64,000 bases of DNA, from the NCBI RefSeq assembly GCF_006345805.1, contig NW_021832432.1, positions 62,001 through 126,000 of the forward strand. The letters run 5' to 3'. Source of the DNA: Octopus sinensis. Taxonomy: Eukaryota. Shown here one piece after another: positions 38,999 to 53,176 of this stretch (position 1 is its first letter; each line of letters starts with the position of its first letter). The notes beneath the pieces are model-generated. The model was not told the DNA's origin. It saw nothing but the letters and a program-made list of their open reading frames with translations, and made no database searches. The position numbers were made by a program, and so were the translations under genes.

Positions 38999-40075
38999 AC
39001 ATCATCATCGTTTAACGTCCGTTTTCCATGCTAGCATGGGTTGGACGGTTCAACCGGGGATCTGGGAAGCCAGAAGGCTGCACCAGGCTCCAGTCTGATC
39101 TGGCAGTGTTTCTACAGCTGGATGCCCTTCCTAACGCCAACCATTCCGTAAGTGTAGTGGGTGCATTTTACGTGCCACCGGCACAGGTGCCAGGTGAGGC
39201 TGGCAACGGCCACGATCAGATTGGTGCTTTTTATGTGCCACCAGCACGGAAGCCAGTCAAGGCGGTAATGGCATCGGCCACATTCGGATGGTGCTTTTTA
39301 CGTGCAACCAGCATGGAAGCCAGTCAAGGCAGTGCTGGCATCGGCCACATTCGGATGGTGCTTTTTACATGCAACCGATACAGGGATCACAACTGCAGTT
39401 TCCATTGATTTTTGATGTTGGTGTACTTGACTCAATGGATCTTCTCAGGCACAGGGTCGAAACAGTGTTTCTTTACTTGGCACCTGCACAGGAGTCAGTC
39501 CAGCGACACTGGCAACTGCCGGGTGCCAGTCATAGGATTGGTTCAATTTCGATTCTGATTTCACTTGCCCCAACAGGTCTTCACAAGCAGAGTTTAGTGT
39601 CCAATGAGGGAGGTTGGCATGGGTGCCAGTCGTCGGATGAGGTTCAATTTCGAATTCGACTTTGCTTGCCTCAACAGGTCTTTGTGTGTCCAAGGAAGGA
39701 AATGCATGCATAAGTGGGCTGGCTACATCCCTGGCAAGGGACACGGGATGGACTCACTTGTCCTGCCGGGTCTTCTCACACACAGCATATTTCCAAAGGT
39801 CTTGGTCACTAGTCATTGCCTCGGTGAGGCCTAATGTTCGAAGGTCGTGCTTCACCTCCTCGTCCCAGGTTTTCCTAGGTCTACCTCTTCCACGGGTTCC
39901 CTCAACCGCTAGGGATTGGCACTTTTTCACACACCTATCTTCATCCATTCTCGCCACATGACCATACCAGCGCAATCGTCTCTCTTGCACACCACAGCTG
40001 ATGCTTCTTAGGTCCAGCTTTGTTCTCAAGGTACTTACACTCTGTCGAGTATGTACACTGACATTGCATATCCAT
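38999..40075 (-). mobile_element. RTE LINE 3' end: ORF C-terminus, repeat-rich 3' UTR and (ATG)n tail
   Basis: RRLRWYGHVARMDEDRCVKKC...GRGRPRKTWDEEV. The UTR has internal ggtgcttttacgtg repeats. Terminal catcatcgtttaacgtccg on the + strand. Confidence 0.9.
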
Positions 40076-40502
40076 CTCAACCACATGGCTCTTGGTTCAA
40101 TCCCACTGCATGGTACCTTAGGCAAGTGTCTGCTACTATTGCCTTGGCCCGACAAAAGCCTTGTGAGTGGATTTGGTAGTCAGAAACTAAAAGAAGCCTG
40201 CCATATACATATACACACATAAGTGTGTGTGTTGTAGTGTCTGTCCCCCATCAGTGCTTGACAACCAGTGTTGGTGTGTTTACAACCCTACGATTTAGTA
40301 GTTCAGTAAAAGAGACTGAAAGAATAAGTACCAGCAGGCTTTAAAAAAAAAGTACTGGAGTCAATTCATTCGACTGAAAATTCTTCAAGGTATTGCTCCA
40401 GCATGGCTACAGTCAAATGTCTGAAACAAGCATAAAAAAAACAAAAAAAAACTCAAGAATGTATAATGTACATAGAAGTGAAAACAAGAGATATCAACAG
40501 AC

Positions 40503-40614
40503 CTTTACGATAGTGGGATTGGTTACACAGAAACAATCATCAAGGTATAATTGCTCAAGATCATGTTGATTTTCTGCTATCAGTTGAATGGTTGAATCAG
40601 GAAGAGAACAGCAT
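40503..40614 (-). CDS. FBXL17: FBXL17-like exon 3 (CCSLPDSTIQLIAENQHDLEQLYLDDCFCVTNPTIVK)
   Basis: ctctag acceptor, AAG|gtctgt donor, 112 nt, phase 2->0, LRR pattern. Too short for the ORF track. Confidence 0.85.
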
Positions 40615-41099
40615 CTAGAGAACAGGGCATCAATAACGACAAATCAAAAATCCACCTTGTCACCAAAAATCCACCAATCACAAACATTCCAATCAAATTA
40701 TTATGAATAAAAGCTGATAATTACTGATTATCCAGTTGTAATTATCAACATAAACATATCATTTAATGGCAATCACATGAATATACTGATTACTATATTT
40801 TCCCCTATTATTTAAATAACTCAAAGTGCTGACATGGTTGTGTGGTTAAGAAGATCTGTGGTTAATCCCATTGTACAGCACCTTAACCCTTTAGCATTTA
40901 ATCTGATCATATCCAGCCTAAATATTCTCTCCGATTTATGTTGAAACCAACCAGATCCAACCTCTCGTGCCTACCCTAAAATGTTGTTCTTAAAATAAGC
41001 AATTACATCTTTGAAATCTCAAAGCTACAAGATAAAGCAGGAGTAATTCAGAACAATGTGAATAAGTAAGCATTATATTTGACAGAGTAATCTGAATAG

Positions 41100-41295
41100 T
41101 AGAGGATTGAACGAATGTCTTCTGTAGCTTTATACTCGCAATACCAGAGGGCGCACACTCTCCTACCCTGATGTAATCTCCAGGGATACAGGCATCCAGC
41201 AACAGGACCTCCGTAATGCCATGATGGACCGTGAAGTCTGGCGTAGCATGGTAAATTCCATTGTCTCGACCACGGTCGAACAACGATGATGATGA
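41100..41295 (+). mobile_element. 3' end of a second RTE-like family
   Basis: GRTLSYPDVISRDTGIQQQDLRNAMMDREVWRSMV followed by a (gat)n tail. Confidence 0.7.
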
Positions 41296-43357
41296 TAGCT
41301 TTGGACAAACAGTGCAGAGGTATCTAGAACTGTACCTATATTTTGGTGACAGACTTAATCCATTGCTCAGTTTAACATTACAGTTTGATTCTTGATTTGC
41401 ATTTAGTAGAGTCCACTCAGTCTGAGGATGACTCTTGAGTCATGGTTTCTAATCTCAGATGCCTTGCAAAAAGGCCATAGGTACTGCCCTTCTTCCTCTG
41501 ACCAAGACATAAAAATAATAAAACATCAAAAACATTCGAACCATTCAACCCTACGACTGTCTATATGTAAATTCATTTAATGTCAGATAATTCCATCTTG
41601 ACATTACAACCCACCAAAAATAATTGTGAGTGTGGGGACCACTAGCAGTGGAGAGCACAAGTGGACCTGGTTGGCTCTACGCATGGTGACGTCTCTGCGA
41701 CCACTAACCAGGGATGACTCCCAGCCTAATCAAGCAAGTGCACGAAGTACTAAGTGAAGCGATTGTCCTTCTCTTAACTGCTCTTCAGCCAAGTAAATGG
41801 GAGAGGAGAAATCAAGTACTTTATGCAAGACAAAGTAATGCTGGAATATGAGCTAACAGCTCTCCTACAAAGATAACAATGGCTTATCCAATCAGCCACT
41901 AGTGTATGCAATCTCAATCTCACTTGATTCACTCACTTTTGAACCCCTATGAAACTGCATTCTTAACATATCTTTACTTTTTGGGGGCATGGAAAAGCAA
42001 TGGGTACTGCTTCATCTTCCTCAGACTATCAAATAAAAACAAAAAGTTATTTTTGATAGACACTTTTCTATAATTACAACACCCTAAAACACTGAAACCC
42101 CAAAACCAAAAGATTACTAATATAAAGTTTACAATATCTGTTATTATAATAATTTCTTTCAAATTTTGCAACAAGGCCAACAATTTTGAGAGGTGGACAT
42201 CAATTTATGAAAACATGTGGCCTAGTGGTTCAGGGTGTTACTCATGATTGCAAGACAGTGGTTTTGATTCCCAGACTGGGCAGTACATTGTATTCTTGAG
42301 TAAATCACTTCATTTCACATTACTCCTGTCCACTCAACTTTAAATGAGTAGCCCTGCAATGGACTGGCATCCCTTTCATGGGGAGTGTTGTTATCTTGGT
42401 CACTTATATACCATGGAAATGAGTTAACAGGCTCTATGACTCCTAGGGCTTGATAATGATGAAGTGAATTACATCAGCCCAAGTGCTCAATAGCTGCTTG
42501 TTTTATCTATCTCAAAAGGATAAAAGGCAAAGTTGACATGTAACATGACTTTGGTTTTATCTATTATTACAGTGAAGCGATTGTCCTTCTCTTAACTGCT
42601 CTTCAGCCAAGTAAATGGGAGAGGAGAAATCAAGTACTTTATGCAAGACAAAGTAATGCTGGAATATGAGCTAATAGCTCTCCTACAAAGAGAACAATAT
42701 TTCAAAATTTTAAACAAAATATTTTAAAACATCGTTAACATCAACTCAATGATTACCTCAAAACAATGTTTAAAAACAAACAAAATTAAAGATGAGCTGA
42801 GTAAAGATGTGGAGCTCACAAATAAACATTACAACATGCAAAACAACTCGGAAGACTATGTGGTCTTTGACTAACTAGAAAGGGCAACAAAGTCTCTCTC
42901 AAGTCATATTCCACAACATTATTAGATCATGCGATCCTAGGTAAATGTTACATGGGAAAATGAGGGAATGTCACAGCTGGATTGCCTTTGATCATAGATC
43001 TGCTTAATCAGGACTCAACTTGTTTTAAATAATAATACCATCATCATCATCATTTTAACATCCATTTTCAAAGGCTTGTATGAGTCAGAGTTTATTGATG
43101 CAAATTTTCTAAAGCCAGATGCCCTTCTTGTCACCAACCCTTACTTGTTACTGTTATAATGAAAATGGTATTTCCTCCTTTTCACATGACGAAGTGGTAT
43201 GAAGAGCCACAGTCGTTGTAGGAGTTCTCAGAGTCAATGTCAGTTACATGATACATAGGAGTTTGAGTTACCATCAAGGAAGATGTTTCAAAGTCATTGT
43301 CTTGTGGAGCTATCAGCGATAGCACGACGAGTCAAAGATAATAAGACGCAGAATACC

Positions 43358-43588
43358 TATTTCTTTACTACCCACAAGGGGCTAAACACAGAGGGGACAA
43401 ACAAGGACAGACAAACGGATTAAATCGATTACATCGACCCCAGTGCGTAACTGGTACTTAATTTATCGACCCTGAAAGGATGAAAGGCAAAGTCGACCTC
43501 GGCGGAATTTGAACTCAGAACGCAGCGGCGGACGAAATACCACAAAGCATTTCGCCCGGTGTGCTAACGTTTCTGCCAGCTCATTGCC
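43358..43588 (-). mobile_element. SINE family A with 16-bp TSD
   Basis: TSD taagacgcagaatacc at 43342-43357 and 43589-43604. Confidence 0.9.
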
Positions 43589-43981
43589 TAAGACGCAGAA
43601 TACCGCCACAACATAATAGTGGCAACAGAAATATTACAGTGCTAATAACAACATACAAGTGGATGAGGATCCATATTATAACAGTTACCAAGTGAGGTAA
43701 TGTTTTCCTATGGCCAGATATGTTTCTACATAATATTGGAAATGAATAATATTCATTTACAACAATCATGCAATGTCAAGACAAAAACACATACACATAT
43801 ATACTCTTTTACTTGTTTCAGTCATTTGACTGCGTCCATGCTGGAGCACTGCTTTTAGTCGAGCAAATCGATCCCAGGACTTATTCTGTCGGTCTCTTTT
43901 GCTGAACTGCTAAGTTACGGGGACATAAACACACCACCATCGGTTGTCAAGCGATGTTGTGGGAGACAAACACAAACGCAG

Positions 43982-44026
<45 letters not shown>

Positions 44027-44551
44027 CATGACGGGCTTCTTTCAGTTTCCGTCTACCGAATCCACTCACAAGTGGGAATGAACCTGGAACCATGTGGTTG
44101 GTAAGCTAGCTACTTACCATCCACCAAACCCACTCATGAGGCTTTGGTCAGCTTGGGCTCCAGTAGTCTCACACAGTCGGACTGAACTCAGACATGTGTA
44201 GTTCAGAAGCAAGCTTCTTAACCGCCATAGCCACACTGGGTTATAGCTAAATAAATTTGTCAAGAGTTCAAAATGATTTTTTAAGAGTTGCTACCCTCCT
44301 AAACCCAGTCAGGGACTATGTTCGTCACAGAGGTTATTTTTCAATTATTTTTTTTAACAGCTAAAATATGAGCAAAACATGATTCTCTGATCTATCTAAA
44401 AAAGCAGTGACTGTAGATCAGAACTCACTTGGATTATTTGCAACCAGTCCTGCTTCTACCAGCCTGGAAAGTGGATGTAAAATGATGATAATGATGGTGA
44501 TGATTTGTGGTTTTATGATGGGAGGCAAAAGTAAAGGAAACAGTTTCATAC

Positions 44552-45376
44552 CCTTTCAGAGATAAAAATGATAACCATCGACATTTTTTAAGAACACTTG
44601 AGATCCCTTCAGGGGAAAATCCCATTGTATTTGAGATATCTAAATGAACCACATGATTGCTGTAGGAGGTGATTTTGTCAAGAATTTCATCTGACAGAGT
44701 CTTGTGACCAAAGTCCTGAAAATTGATATGTCTCCACAATGATGGATCTTTAGCTAGTTCATACCATTTTTTACAAACTAATTCAACCGAATGTATTCGT
44801 TCAGGAATAGTGAGGTACTTAAAGATTTCTAGAAGGATACTGCTTGGTAAATTAAGAATGTGTAACGAATCCTCTGGAGATGGTACTCCATTTGTATGTT
44901 CTGAATGAACTTCAGAGTCCTGCTTTTGTTCTGATGTGTCTTGAGTAAGACTAATGACTTTACTTGCTACAATTACTTCTGGTTCCTGTTGAGAAAACAC
45001 TGTCCTACTAGGAGAGATTTTGTAGTTTGTTGACTCAGCCGAACAATGGTATTTAGAAGAATGACATTTTGACAAAACTAAGTTACTGCAATCAGTAGAA
45101 GTTGTTTCCTGAGTCTGTGGGAGAGAAGTTAAGTGTTTGTCATGTTCATTGCTAACATTACTTTCATCTTTAGAGTTCTGTAAAGAAATTGAGACTGTAT
45201 TTACACCCTTTACATTCATTGAACAAGAGTCTGAAATAGTTCTAACTGACAACTCGCCAGTCTCTACTCCTACATTGATCATCTTGTTGTTGTTTCCTCG
45301 ACGTACTTTGCAAAGTTGTTCGTTATCACGAGTAGGTGACGCTGGGCATCTTTTCAGTGTTCCTGTGTGAAGTTTC
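44552..45376 (-). CDS. FBXL17: FBXL17-like exon 2 (825 nt): S/T-rich N-terminus, F-box and first LRRs
   Basis: Poly-T/tag acceptor at 45377-79, frame open to donor GG|gtatga. F-box LNLPSSILLEIFKYLTIPERIHSVELVCKKWYELAKDPSLWRHINF resembles the human FBXL17 F-box as I recall it (INQLPPSILLKIFSNLSLDERCLSASLVCKYW). Confidence 0.9.
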
Positions 45377-48300
45377 CTACATGTGAAAAAAAAACAAAAA
45401 AAAAACAGTTCATTTCATAATTTGAAATATACGTTATAAAATAGACTGTACTAGTATAAATGAATAAAAAAAAAACTGAGATAAAAGTGTCTCTGATTAA
45501 AAATAAATAATAATTATAATAGTAACTTAAAATAAAACTCAAGATGCTTCTACCTTAATTCTGTATTTTGAATGCAAGCAACCAAAGTCAGATACATTTT
45601 TTCATTCAAAATCCTAATCTAAAACCTTTTTGTAGCTAATGCTATTGAAAACAATGTAAAACAAGATATGCGATGAAGTAATTTCCTTCATGGATTCAGC
45701 CGATCTCACTGTGGCTCCATGGGCTCGTGTCTTTTAATTGTACTGAAGAGTAATTATTGGACCTAACAAAAGGGAACTTTCTCCTTCAAAAATGTACTAT
45801 CAGAATACAGAAGATAAACATATGTGCTTACAAATTTCATCATCATCATCATCATTCAGTTTTTGCTTTCCATGCTGGCATGGTTTAGATGGTTTGATTG
45901 AAACTGGTAAGCTGGAGAGCTGCACCAGGTTCCAGTCTGATTTGGCATGGTCTCTAATGGCTGGATGCCTTACCTAACACCAACCACTTTACAGAGGGTA
46001 ATAGGTGCTTTTTACGTACCATCGGCATGGGTGCCTGTTATGTGACACCAGCTTCAGCCATGACTACAATTTCATTTGGCTTGATAGGTCTTTGGAAATC
46101 AATATGTATATACATTTATGTATTTGTTTTGCAAGATTCCTGTTGTGAAATCGTGTGTTGAAACAGATATTGTTATATTTGGGGATGGTCATTTAAAAAA
46201 TTTTTTTTTTAAAGTTTGTTTTTTGGCTAATTAACCACACGCACTATATAATTGTTCTTCACTGCAACCTTAATTATTATTCTTATTTCAGTGACCATTG
46301 CCTGAAATCTTTCAGACAACAAACACTAAAAGAATAATAATAAAGCTGCAGTAAAGAATAAGTATACAGTGTGTGTGGTTAATTAGCCGAAAAGAAAAAA
46401 GTTACCACTCCCAAATATAACAATAAAAATATGTATACATCTATGCAAAAACAAACACAAAAGTGTATTGTGTCTGTGTTGTTTGTTTTTGTTTTTTTAT
46501 TCCTAGATGTTTACATTAAATATCTTAAAATTGTCACTCCTGAGAACAAAGCTTCTAAAATGGATAGAGAAAATTTAAAGTGTTGCTCTGGAACAATGGT
46601 TATGACATTTGTCAAGTTCACAGATGTGGGTTCAAGTCCCATGGTCAACCATCATATTTTACCCATCCATGATTTTTTTTTTTTAACTCAATATTCTAGG
46701 AGCTACTATACATAGTTTTATCTACTTCAAACTCTACCATAAAAGAAAAAAGAAGTTCACTTCTTTTGCACAGATCCTGCATTCTTGCTCTTTAAATTGG
46801 ATGAAAAATAGCAGTGATATACTACCTATACATAATCGCCTAGCCCAGCTCACCATCAAAGTGACACCAGCAGAAGTCTGACAAAATGGAAGTAGACTCC
46901 TATATTCAAAAGTTGCTAAAGTTAGCTTACTGTTGCTCTTGTGTTGATTTCTAAGTGCCAAATCAAGAATCTGAAGAAAATGGTAAAAAGTCCATGCCGA
47001 CAACATTGGTAAAAGTAAATCCAGGAGAATTTCTTGATTGTTAATAAGTTTGGTTAATGCAAGTAATGTGAAGAGCTGAAGGTTCAGATTAAAGCTTTTC
47101 AATGATGGCTGGCCTCCACGGCTGAAATGGAATGGCATGCCATCCTCAAAGGCAATGCCTACTCCATTTTATCTGCCAGGGCCATGCAGCAGACTGACAA
47201 GTCTTTTTAGCTACAGCTGTTGTATCTATTAAAAAGCTGAGTGGTAAGTAGCTTGCTTACCAACCACATAGTTCCAGGTTCAGTCCCACTGCATAGCACC
47301 TTGGGCAAGTGTCTTCTACTATAGCCTCGGGCCAACCAAAGCCTTGCGAGTGGATTTGGTAGATGGAAACTGAAAAGAAGTCCGTTGTATATATGTATAT
47401 ATAAGTGTGTGTGTCTGTGTTTGTCCCCCTAACATCGCTTGACAACCGATGCTGGTGCGTTTACATCCCTATAACTTAATGGTTCGGTAAAAGAGACTGA
47501 TAGAATAAGTACTAGGCTTCCAAAGACTAAGTCCTGGGCTCGATTTGCTTAACTAAAGGCGGTGCTCCAGCATGGCTGCAGTCAAATGACTGAAACAAGT
47601 TAAAGAGTAATTCTTATTTGATTTAGTTGCCTGAACACAAACTGTCACCTATTTCCTTTCAGTTGTCCATTTCTCTCTCCATCCACATACATCTCACACC
47701 CTCTCAACTAAACTGAATGACCCTCAACAAACTCTCATAGATCAATAATCGTAAACTAGTTGATTATATTAAAAAAAAAAAAATTGGCGCTCCGTTGGTT
47801 GTGGCAAGGGTTCCAGTTGACCTGATCAACAGAACTGCCTGCTCATGAAATTAACATGCAAGTGACTGAGCACTCCACAGATGTTCTCTTTCTCTTTTTC
47901 TCTTATGCTTGTTTCAGTCATTTGACTGTTGCCATGCTGGAGCACCACCTTTAGTCGAGCAAATCGACCCCAGGACTTATTCTTTGGAAGCCTAGTACTT
48001 ATTCTATTGGACTCTTTTGCCGAACTGCTAAGTTACGGGGACATAAACACACCACCATCGGTTGTCAAGAAATGTCGGGGGGGGACAAACACAGACACAC
48101 AAACATATAGACACACATACATATATATATATACATATATACAACAGGCTTCTTTCAGTTTCCGTCTACCAAATCCACTCACAAGGCTTTGGTCGGCCCG
48201 AGGCTATAGTAGAAGACACTTGCCCAAGGTGCAACGCAGTGGGACTGAACCCGGAACCATGTGGTTGGTAAGCAAGCTACTTACAACACAGTCACTCCTG

Positions 48301-49949
48301 TGCCTCCTTATCATAGTTCTCAAGGAGATTCAGCGTAACACAGAATGTGACTAAGCTGGCCTTCTGAATTACATGTACAACTCACTTTTGTCAGCTGAGT
48401 GGACTGGAGAAACGTAAAATAAAGTGTCTTGCTCAAGAACACAACATGCCTTTGGGAATCGAACTCACAACCATACGATCGCGAGCCAAAATATCCAAAC
48501 CACTAAGCCATGCAACCTTCATTCAGTTCATTGTATATAATACAAAGTACCGAGAAAACAGATGTTAACAAGTATCGATTGTGAATCTGATGATTTTCAA
48601 AATTTTCACACGGTTACATAGTTTTTTTGTGCTAATTACGAAAATCGTAACCAATTTTTTAACATGAAAAACTACAAGTGTAAAACATCGAATTAACCGA
48701 AAAGATTTATGGTCGCTGATAATAAAAAAATGTAATATTTCTTTAAATAAAGAAGAAAAAAACCTGGTTGAAGACAAATTTTCGTAAAATATTCAAAGTT
48801 ATCATATCTCTGGAGAATTTTGTTGTAATAATAAATTTCAACCCAAAGGATCCATGTTCTTTTCAACCTTTATTAGTGAAAGACATTTTTCTCTTAATCT
48901 AACGGAATAAACGAAAAGCAAAAGCATTGAACTCGGCTAAAAATTAACATTAATAAAACTGAATTATTCTTAAAAGCAAAAACATTACATTATCTTGACA
49001 GACAAAATACGGTCCAACAAACGATGAAGATTAGAGAAGGCATTGGAACCAGCAACATAGGCTGTGTGGACAATCGAACAGCTAAAAATTGCAATAAAAT
49101 TTCCCTCAAATCACAGACTAACATCTTAGATAAACCAGTCATCTTAGAAAAGTAGGCGTAAACTCAGGGTCGCCAAGGACGGTGAGCATAGGAAAATGGT
49201 GGGGTGGTTACATCTGGAATAGCTCAGATTAGTGGTGTGCCTCCTCAGTCGGTACAGACAAGGCACTAAACAATAAGAATTAGAGATGACAATGCGAGTT
49301 CAATCTTAGTTTATCTTTGACTCCTGTTGACCAACTGCTTGATACGGAAATGAAAAAAAAATTGTCAAAAACAAGACACTTAGAAATAGCTTCGAGTTCA
49401 ATTTGGTCCGCAAGTAATATCATCATCTATAAATTTGGTGTTACATAGCAAACATCAATGCAAAAGTCTTATAACGGGAAATAAGTGAGATTATGTAACA
49501 TTCATGCCTCTTTCAAGGGCATTTAGCAGGATGACAACAATTGGATATCGAACTAAGTTCTTCAAAATCTGCTTTCTTTCTATACCTAAGTATAAATACA
49601 CAGAAAAAAAAGTGAAGAAATTCATAAGTATATATTTAAATCCGTTCCTAAAACAATGCAAAGGAAAACACTTCAAATTGTGTTTTTTAATAAGACTTTT
49701 TTTGTTTTTGTTTAAAGCAGGAACAATTATTTATAAGAGTTATTTTCCCCGAGTCCTTTGTTTATGAGGATGTAAACAAATATAGAATTGGTAATTTTGA
49801 ATGAGAAAACATAAGTTGTAAACATTAACCAAACATATTCCTTTATTTTTTTCGCTTAGAATAATTTTTGTGTATCGATTCCCAAAGCGATAACAAAATA
49901 ATATAATTTATACAACCATAATAAGCCGAATAAAATACTGCTCACAAAA

Positions 49950-50500
49950 ATCTAATGAGTGGATCCTAAGCATTGGTGAAGTTATTATACAAGTTGTAAC
50001 TCGAAGAAGTAAACTGGAACAGTTTACAATGAACAGAGAAAGAAATATTTTGACAACCGGCGATTCACACTTAACTTACCCGCTGTCGTCCGCCATCATA
50101 TTTGTATACACTGCCATCTGGTTTTATTAAAATAAATTAACTGAATTATCTCCCTTCTATTTAATAGCCGACCGCCTATTCATTATCTCTTTCCCAAATC
50201 TTACCATTAGTTTGTCTTCGTCAGGCTCAGTCCGTTTTAAGGATGTGATGGAAATTTCTTCTTTTCCTTTCGTTGTTTTTATTTCCTTACCACGCCCTTA
50301 TTATGCTGGCACATGGTATACTGTAATTGGGTAAGCCTATTCGAATGTGGCAAGCTTTATTGTAGTGACCACAAATAAAAACCGAGTCGTTTTGCTAGCT
50401 TCTACATTTACTGTTTAAATGTCCGATGCTGATTTCGATCGGTCTTTGCTTTTATCTTCACCTTTGCCTTCGTCGCATGCCTCAAGGGTAGATGATTGGA
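49950..50500 (-). promoter_or_regulatory. Probable FBXL17-like promoter / 5' region
   Basis: CpG-richer, repeat-free stretch around the start exon. YY1-like AGATGGC and ATGGCGG motifs lie next to the ATG. TSS not determined. Confidence 0.45.
50080..50099 (-). CDS. FBXL17: F-box/LRR-repeat protein 17-like, coding exon 1 (MMADDSG; phase 2)
   Basis: ATGATGGCGGACGACAGCGG followed by donor gtaagt in a CpG-richer region. Its phase-2 end joins the open phase-2 start of the 45376 exon. Confidence 0.75.
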
Positions 50501-53088
50501 CACTATGCTCTTTTGATGATTTTATTTCAATGCATATTGAACAAAAGTTCTTTTGCACACATTCTTATTCTTAGGTATGGACAGTGCGTTGGACGCAATT
50601 CGTATTGAAGTTAGTCATATAGATCCTTTAGGAAATGGCCCTCGTCCATTCAACACCTTGACCGACCAAACCTTCGCAGGAAACGGTTCACTGAGTATTA
50701 CAGATATATTCTTAGATTCTGTTTCGCCTAGGATCTGAGAGTTGGTGACGTTGTCTTCCTATGAGAGAACATTTGAGATTTTGCGAAGACATGTCATGTG
50801 AATAAGCATTTCACTTCTTCTCTTGTCTGAGATACGTTGCCTCTGTTTCGGTACGATGTAAGAAAGTGTCGAGGACGCTAGCTTAATACATTTTCACTTT
50901 GGTGTTCATTGTCAGGTTTTTGTTCTAAATTGTGTTGGTGGGTCTAATCGTCATAATAGCTTCGTTCAGACACGTTCAATGTTTATCACGTTGAGTGTGG
51001 AGCCCTTAATAAAAACTGAAGGATGATACGGTTAAAGAAAACTCTCTGAGTATGTTGGAGTGTAAAACTAACACTTCCTTTTTCCGAGGTGAGATTCGAA
51101 ACCGAATCTAAGGATTCTCGCTCGTCTGATGTAACACAGACCAAACAGACGCGATAGAAATTTCTTTGTCCTGTCAAAAGATAATGGATGGTTTCCCTTC
51201 GACCTCAGTCGTGTCATTTAAGGTTCAAGTGGACAGAAGGCAACCTATATATGTAGGAATTTCCCCTTTGGTATGTCTGTCCTGCTACCTGTCACGACCA
51301 TTATAAATACAGTAATCCGTCAAAGGACGGCAAAGAGAAATAGCCAGAGGCGAGACGGCCAACAAGTAACTTCGCCAGTTTAGCAGGCAACACAGATCCG
51401 TATATTCGACATGAACGATCTAACAGCCGCAGAACATAAACAGACACCACCGAATGACCAATGCACACACAGACACAAAACATATCCGGTTCTACCTCAT
51501 CATACAGACACAATATTTACCCTGTTAATTTCTTCTTGGCCAGATCGAAGTAAAGTTGGTAAGGTCATGTAGTGAGATTTTTGGTGTATACAAGTAAATG
51601 CTATTGGCGTTTAAATAAATTATTTAAACTACAATCTGATGCTTTCCCATTGTTTTACTTTGAAGTCGTCCACATGCCTATTTTATCTGCAACCCCCAAC
51701 ATATTTTGCTACACCTTTCCAACTACAGGGGAATTGATTTATGATGCTCTGAGGACCGCCATGTGTATAACATATAGGCGTAGGAGTGGCTGTGTGGTAA
51801 GTAGCTTGCTTACCAACCACATGGTTCCAGGTTCAGTCCCACAGCGTGGCACCTTAGGCAAGTGTCTTCTACTATAGCCTCGGGCCGACCAAAGCCTTGT
51901 GAGTGGATTTGTTAGACGGAAACTGAAAGAAGCCCGTTGTATATATGCATATACATAAGTATGTGCGTGTATATATTTGTGTGTCTGTGTTTGTCTCCCT
52001 AACATCGCTTGACAACCGATGCTGGTGTGTTTATGTCCTCGTAACTTGTCGATTCGGCGAAAGAGACCGATAGAATAAGTACTAGGTTTACAGTGTGTGA
52101 GTTGTAGAGCGCGCGCGCGTGTCTGTGTTTGTCTCCCTAACATCGCTTGACAACCGATGCTGGTGTGTTTATGTCCCCGTAACTTAGCGGTTCGGCGAAA
52201 GAGACCGATAGAATAAGTACTAGGCTTACAGTATGTGAGTTGTAGTGCGCGCATGTCTGTGACGTCTTATAACTGTTTGTCTCTCTACTTCCCTAGAGTC
52301 TTATCTGTTGCTGTCACATATTGTGAAATTTTAAAACTTGGTATATTGAAATAAGTTTCCACGTTAAACCCGATTTTGTTATTTATTTGTTCCAGAAAAA
52401 CTGCAGAAAAATGTTCCAGTGGTTTAAAGTTTAATCAATTCTATCTAATCAGAAATCAGGAATTGGAAGCTAGCATTTTCTACATGATAGCTGTCTATCA
52501 CAGAATGAAAGCAAAATCATTACGAGGAGGAATTTTTATTAAACAAAACGAAAGCAAAGCATTACGACGACCAAAGTTGTAAGAACTTCTGAAATTTTAA
52601 TAAGTTTTAATAAATAAAATCACGCAAAACGGTCGAACAGACATGTAAATAATTTAAAAAGGGAAAAATCATCGACGATGTTCTGTGGCGAAGAATTGCG
52701 CAAATCTGTCTTGATCAAGAGGTCTAGCTGTCGGGTAAGGCATTATCTGGCATGGAAAAAACAAAAATTTATGTAAGACATTCTATTTTAAAAAATTGTC
52801 CGACAACAATGGGCTATTCAGTTAAAAACTGTCATGCTGGGGTGGGCTATTTTTGGATAAAATGAGAAGAGTGCAAGGGTGTTAGTGTGAGAGAAATACG
52901 GTGACATAGGGAGAGTGACTGATATCAGGAAAGGGGAGTACAGATTTGTGTAAGCGACAAATATGGAGTGGTACTGGGTTGATAACGTTAATACAGCTGT
53001 CATTCAGGGATACACACACGAGCGCTTTCAATTAGTTTACGAAGTCAAGTCGTAGCAGACATATGACAGCTAATGAAAACAGAGTTTT

Positions 53089-53143
<55 letters not shown>

Positions 53144-53176
53144 ATGCATACATGTATGTATGTAGGTATGTATGTA

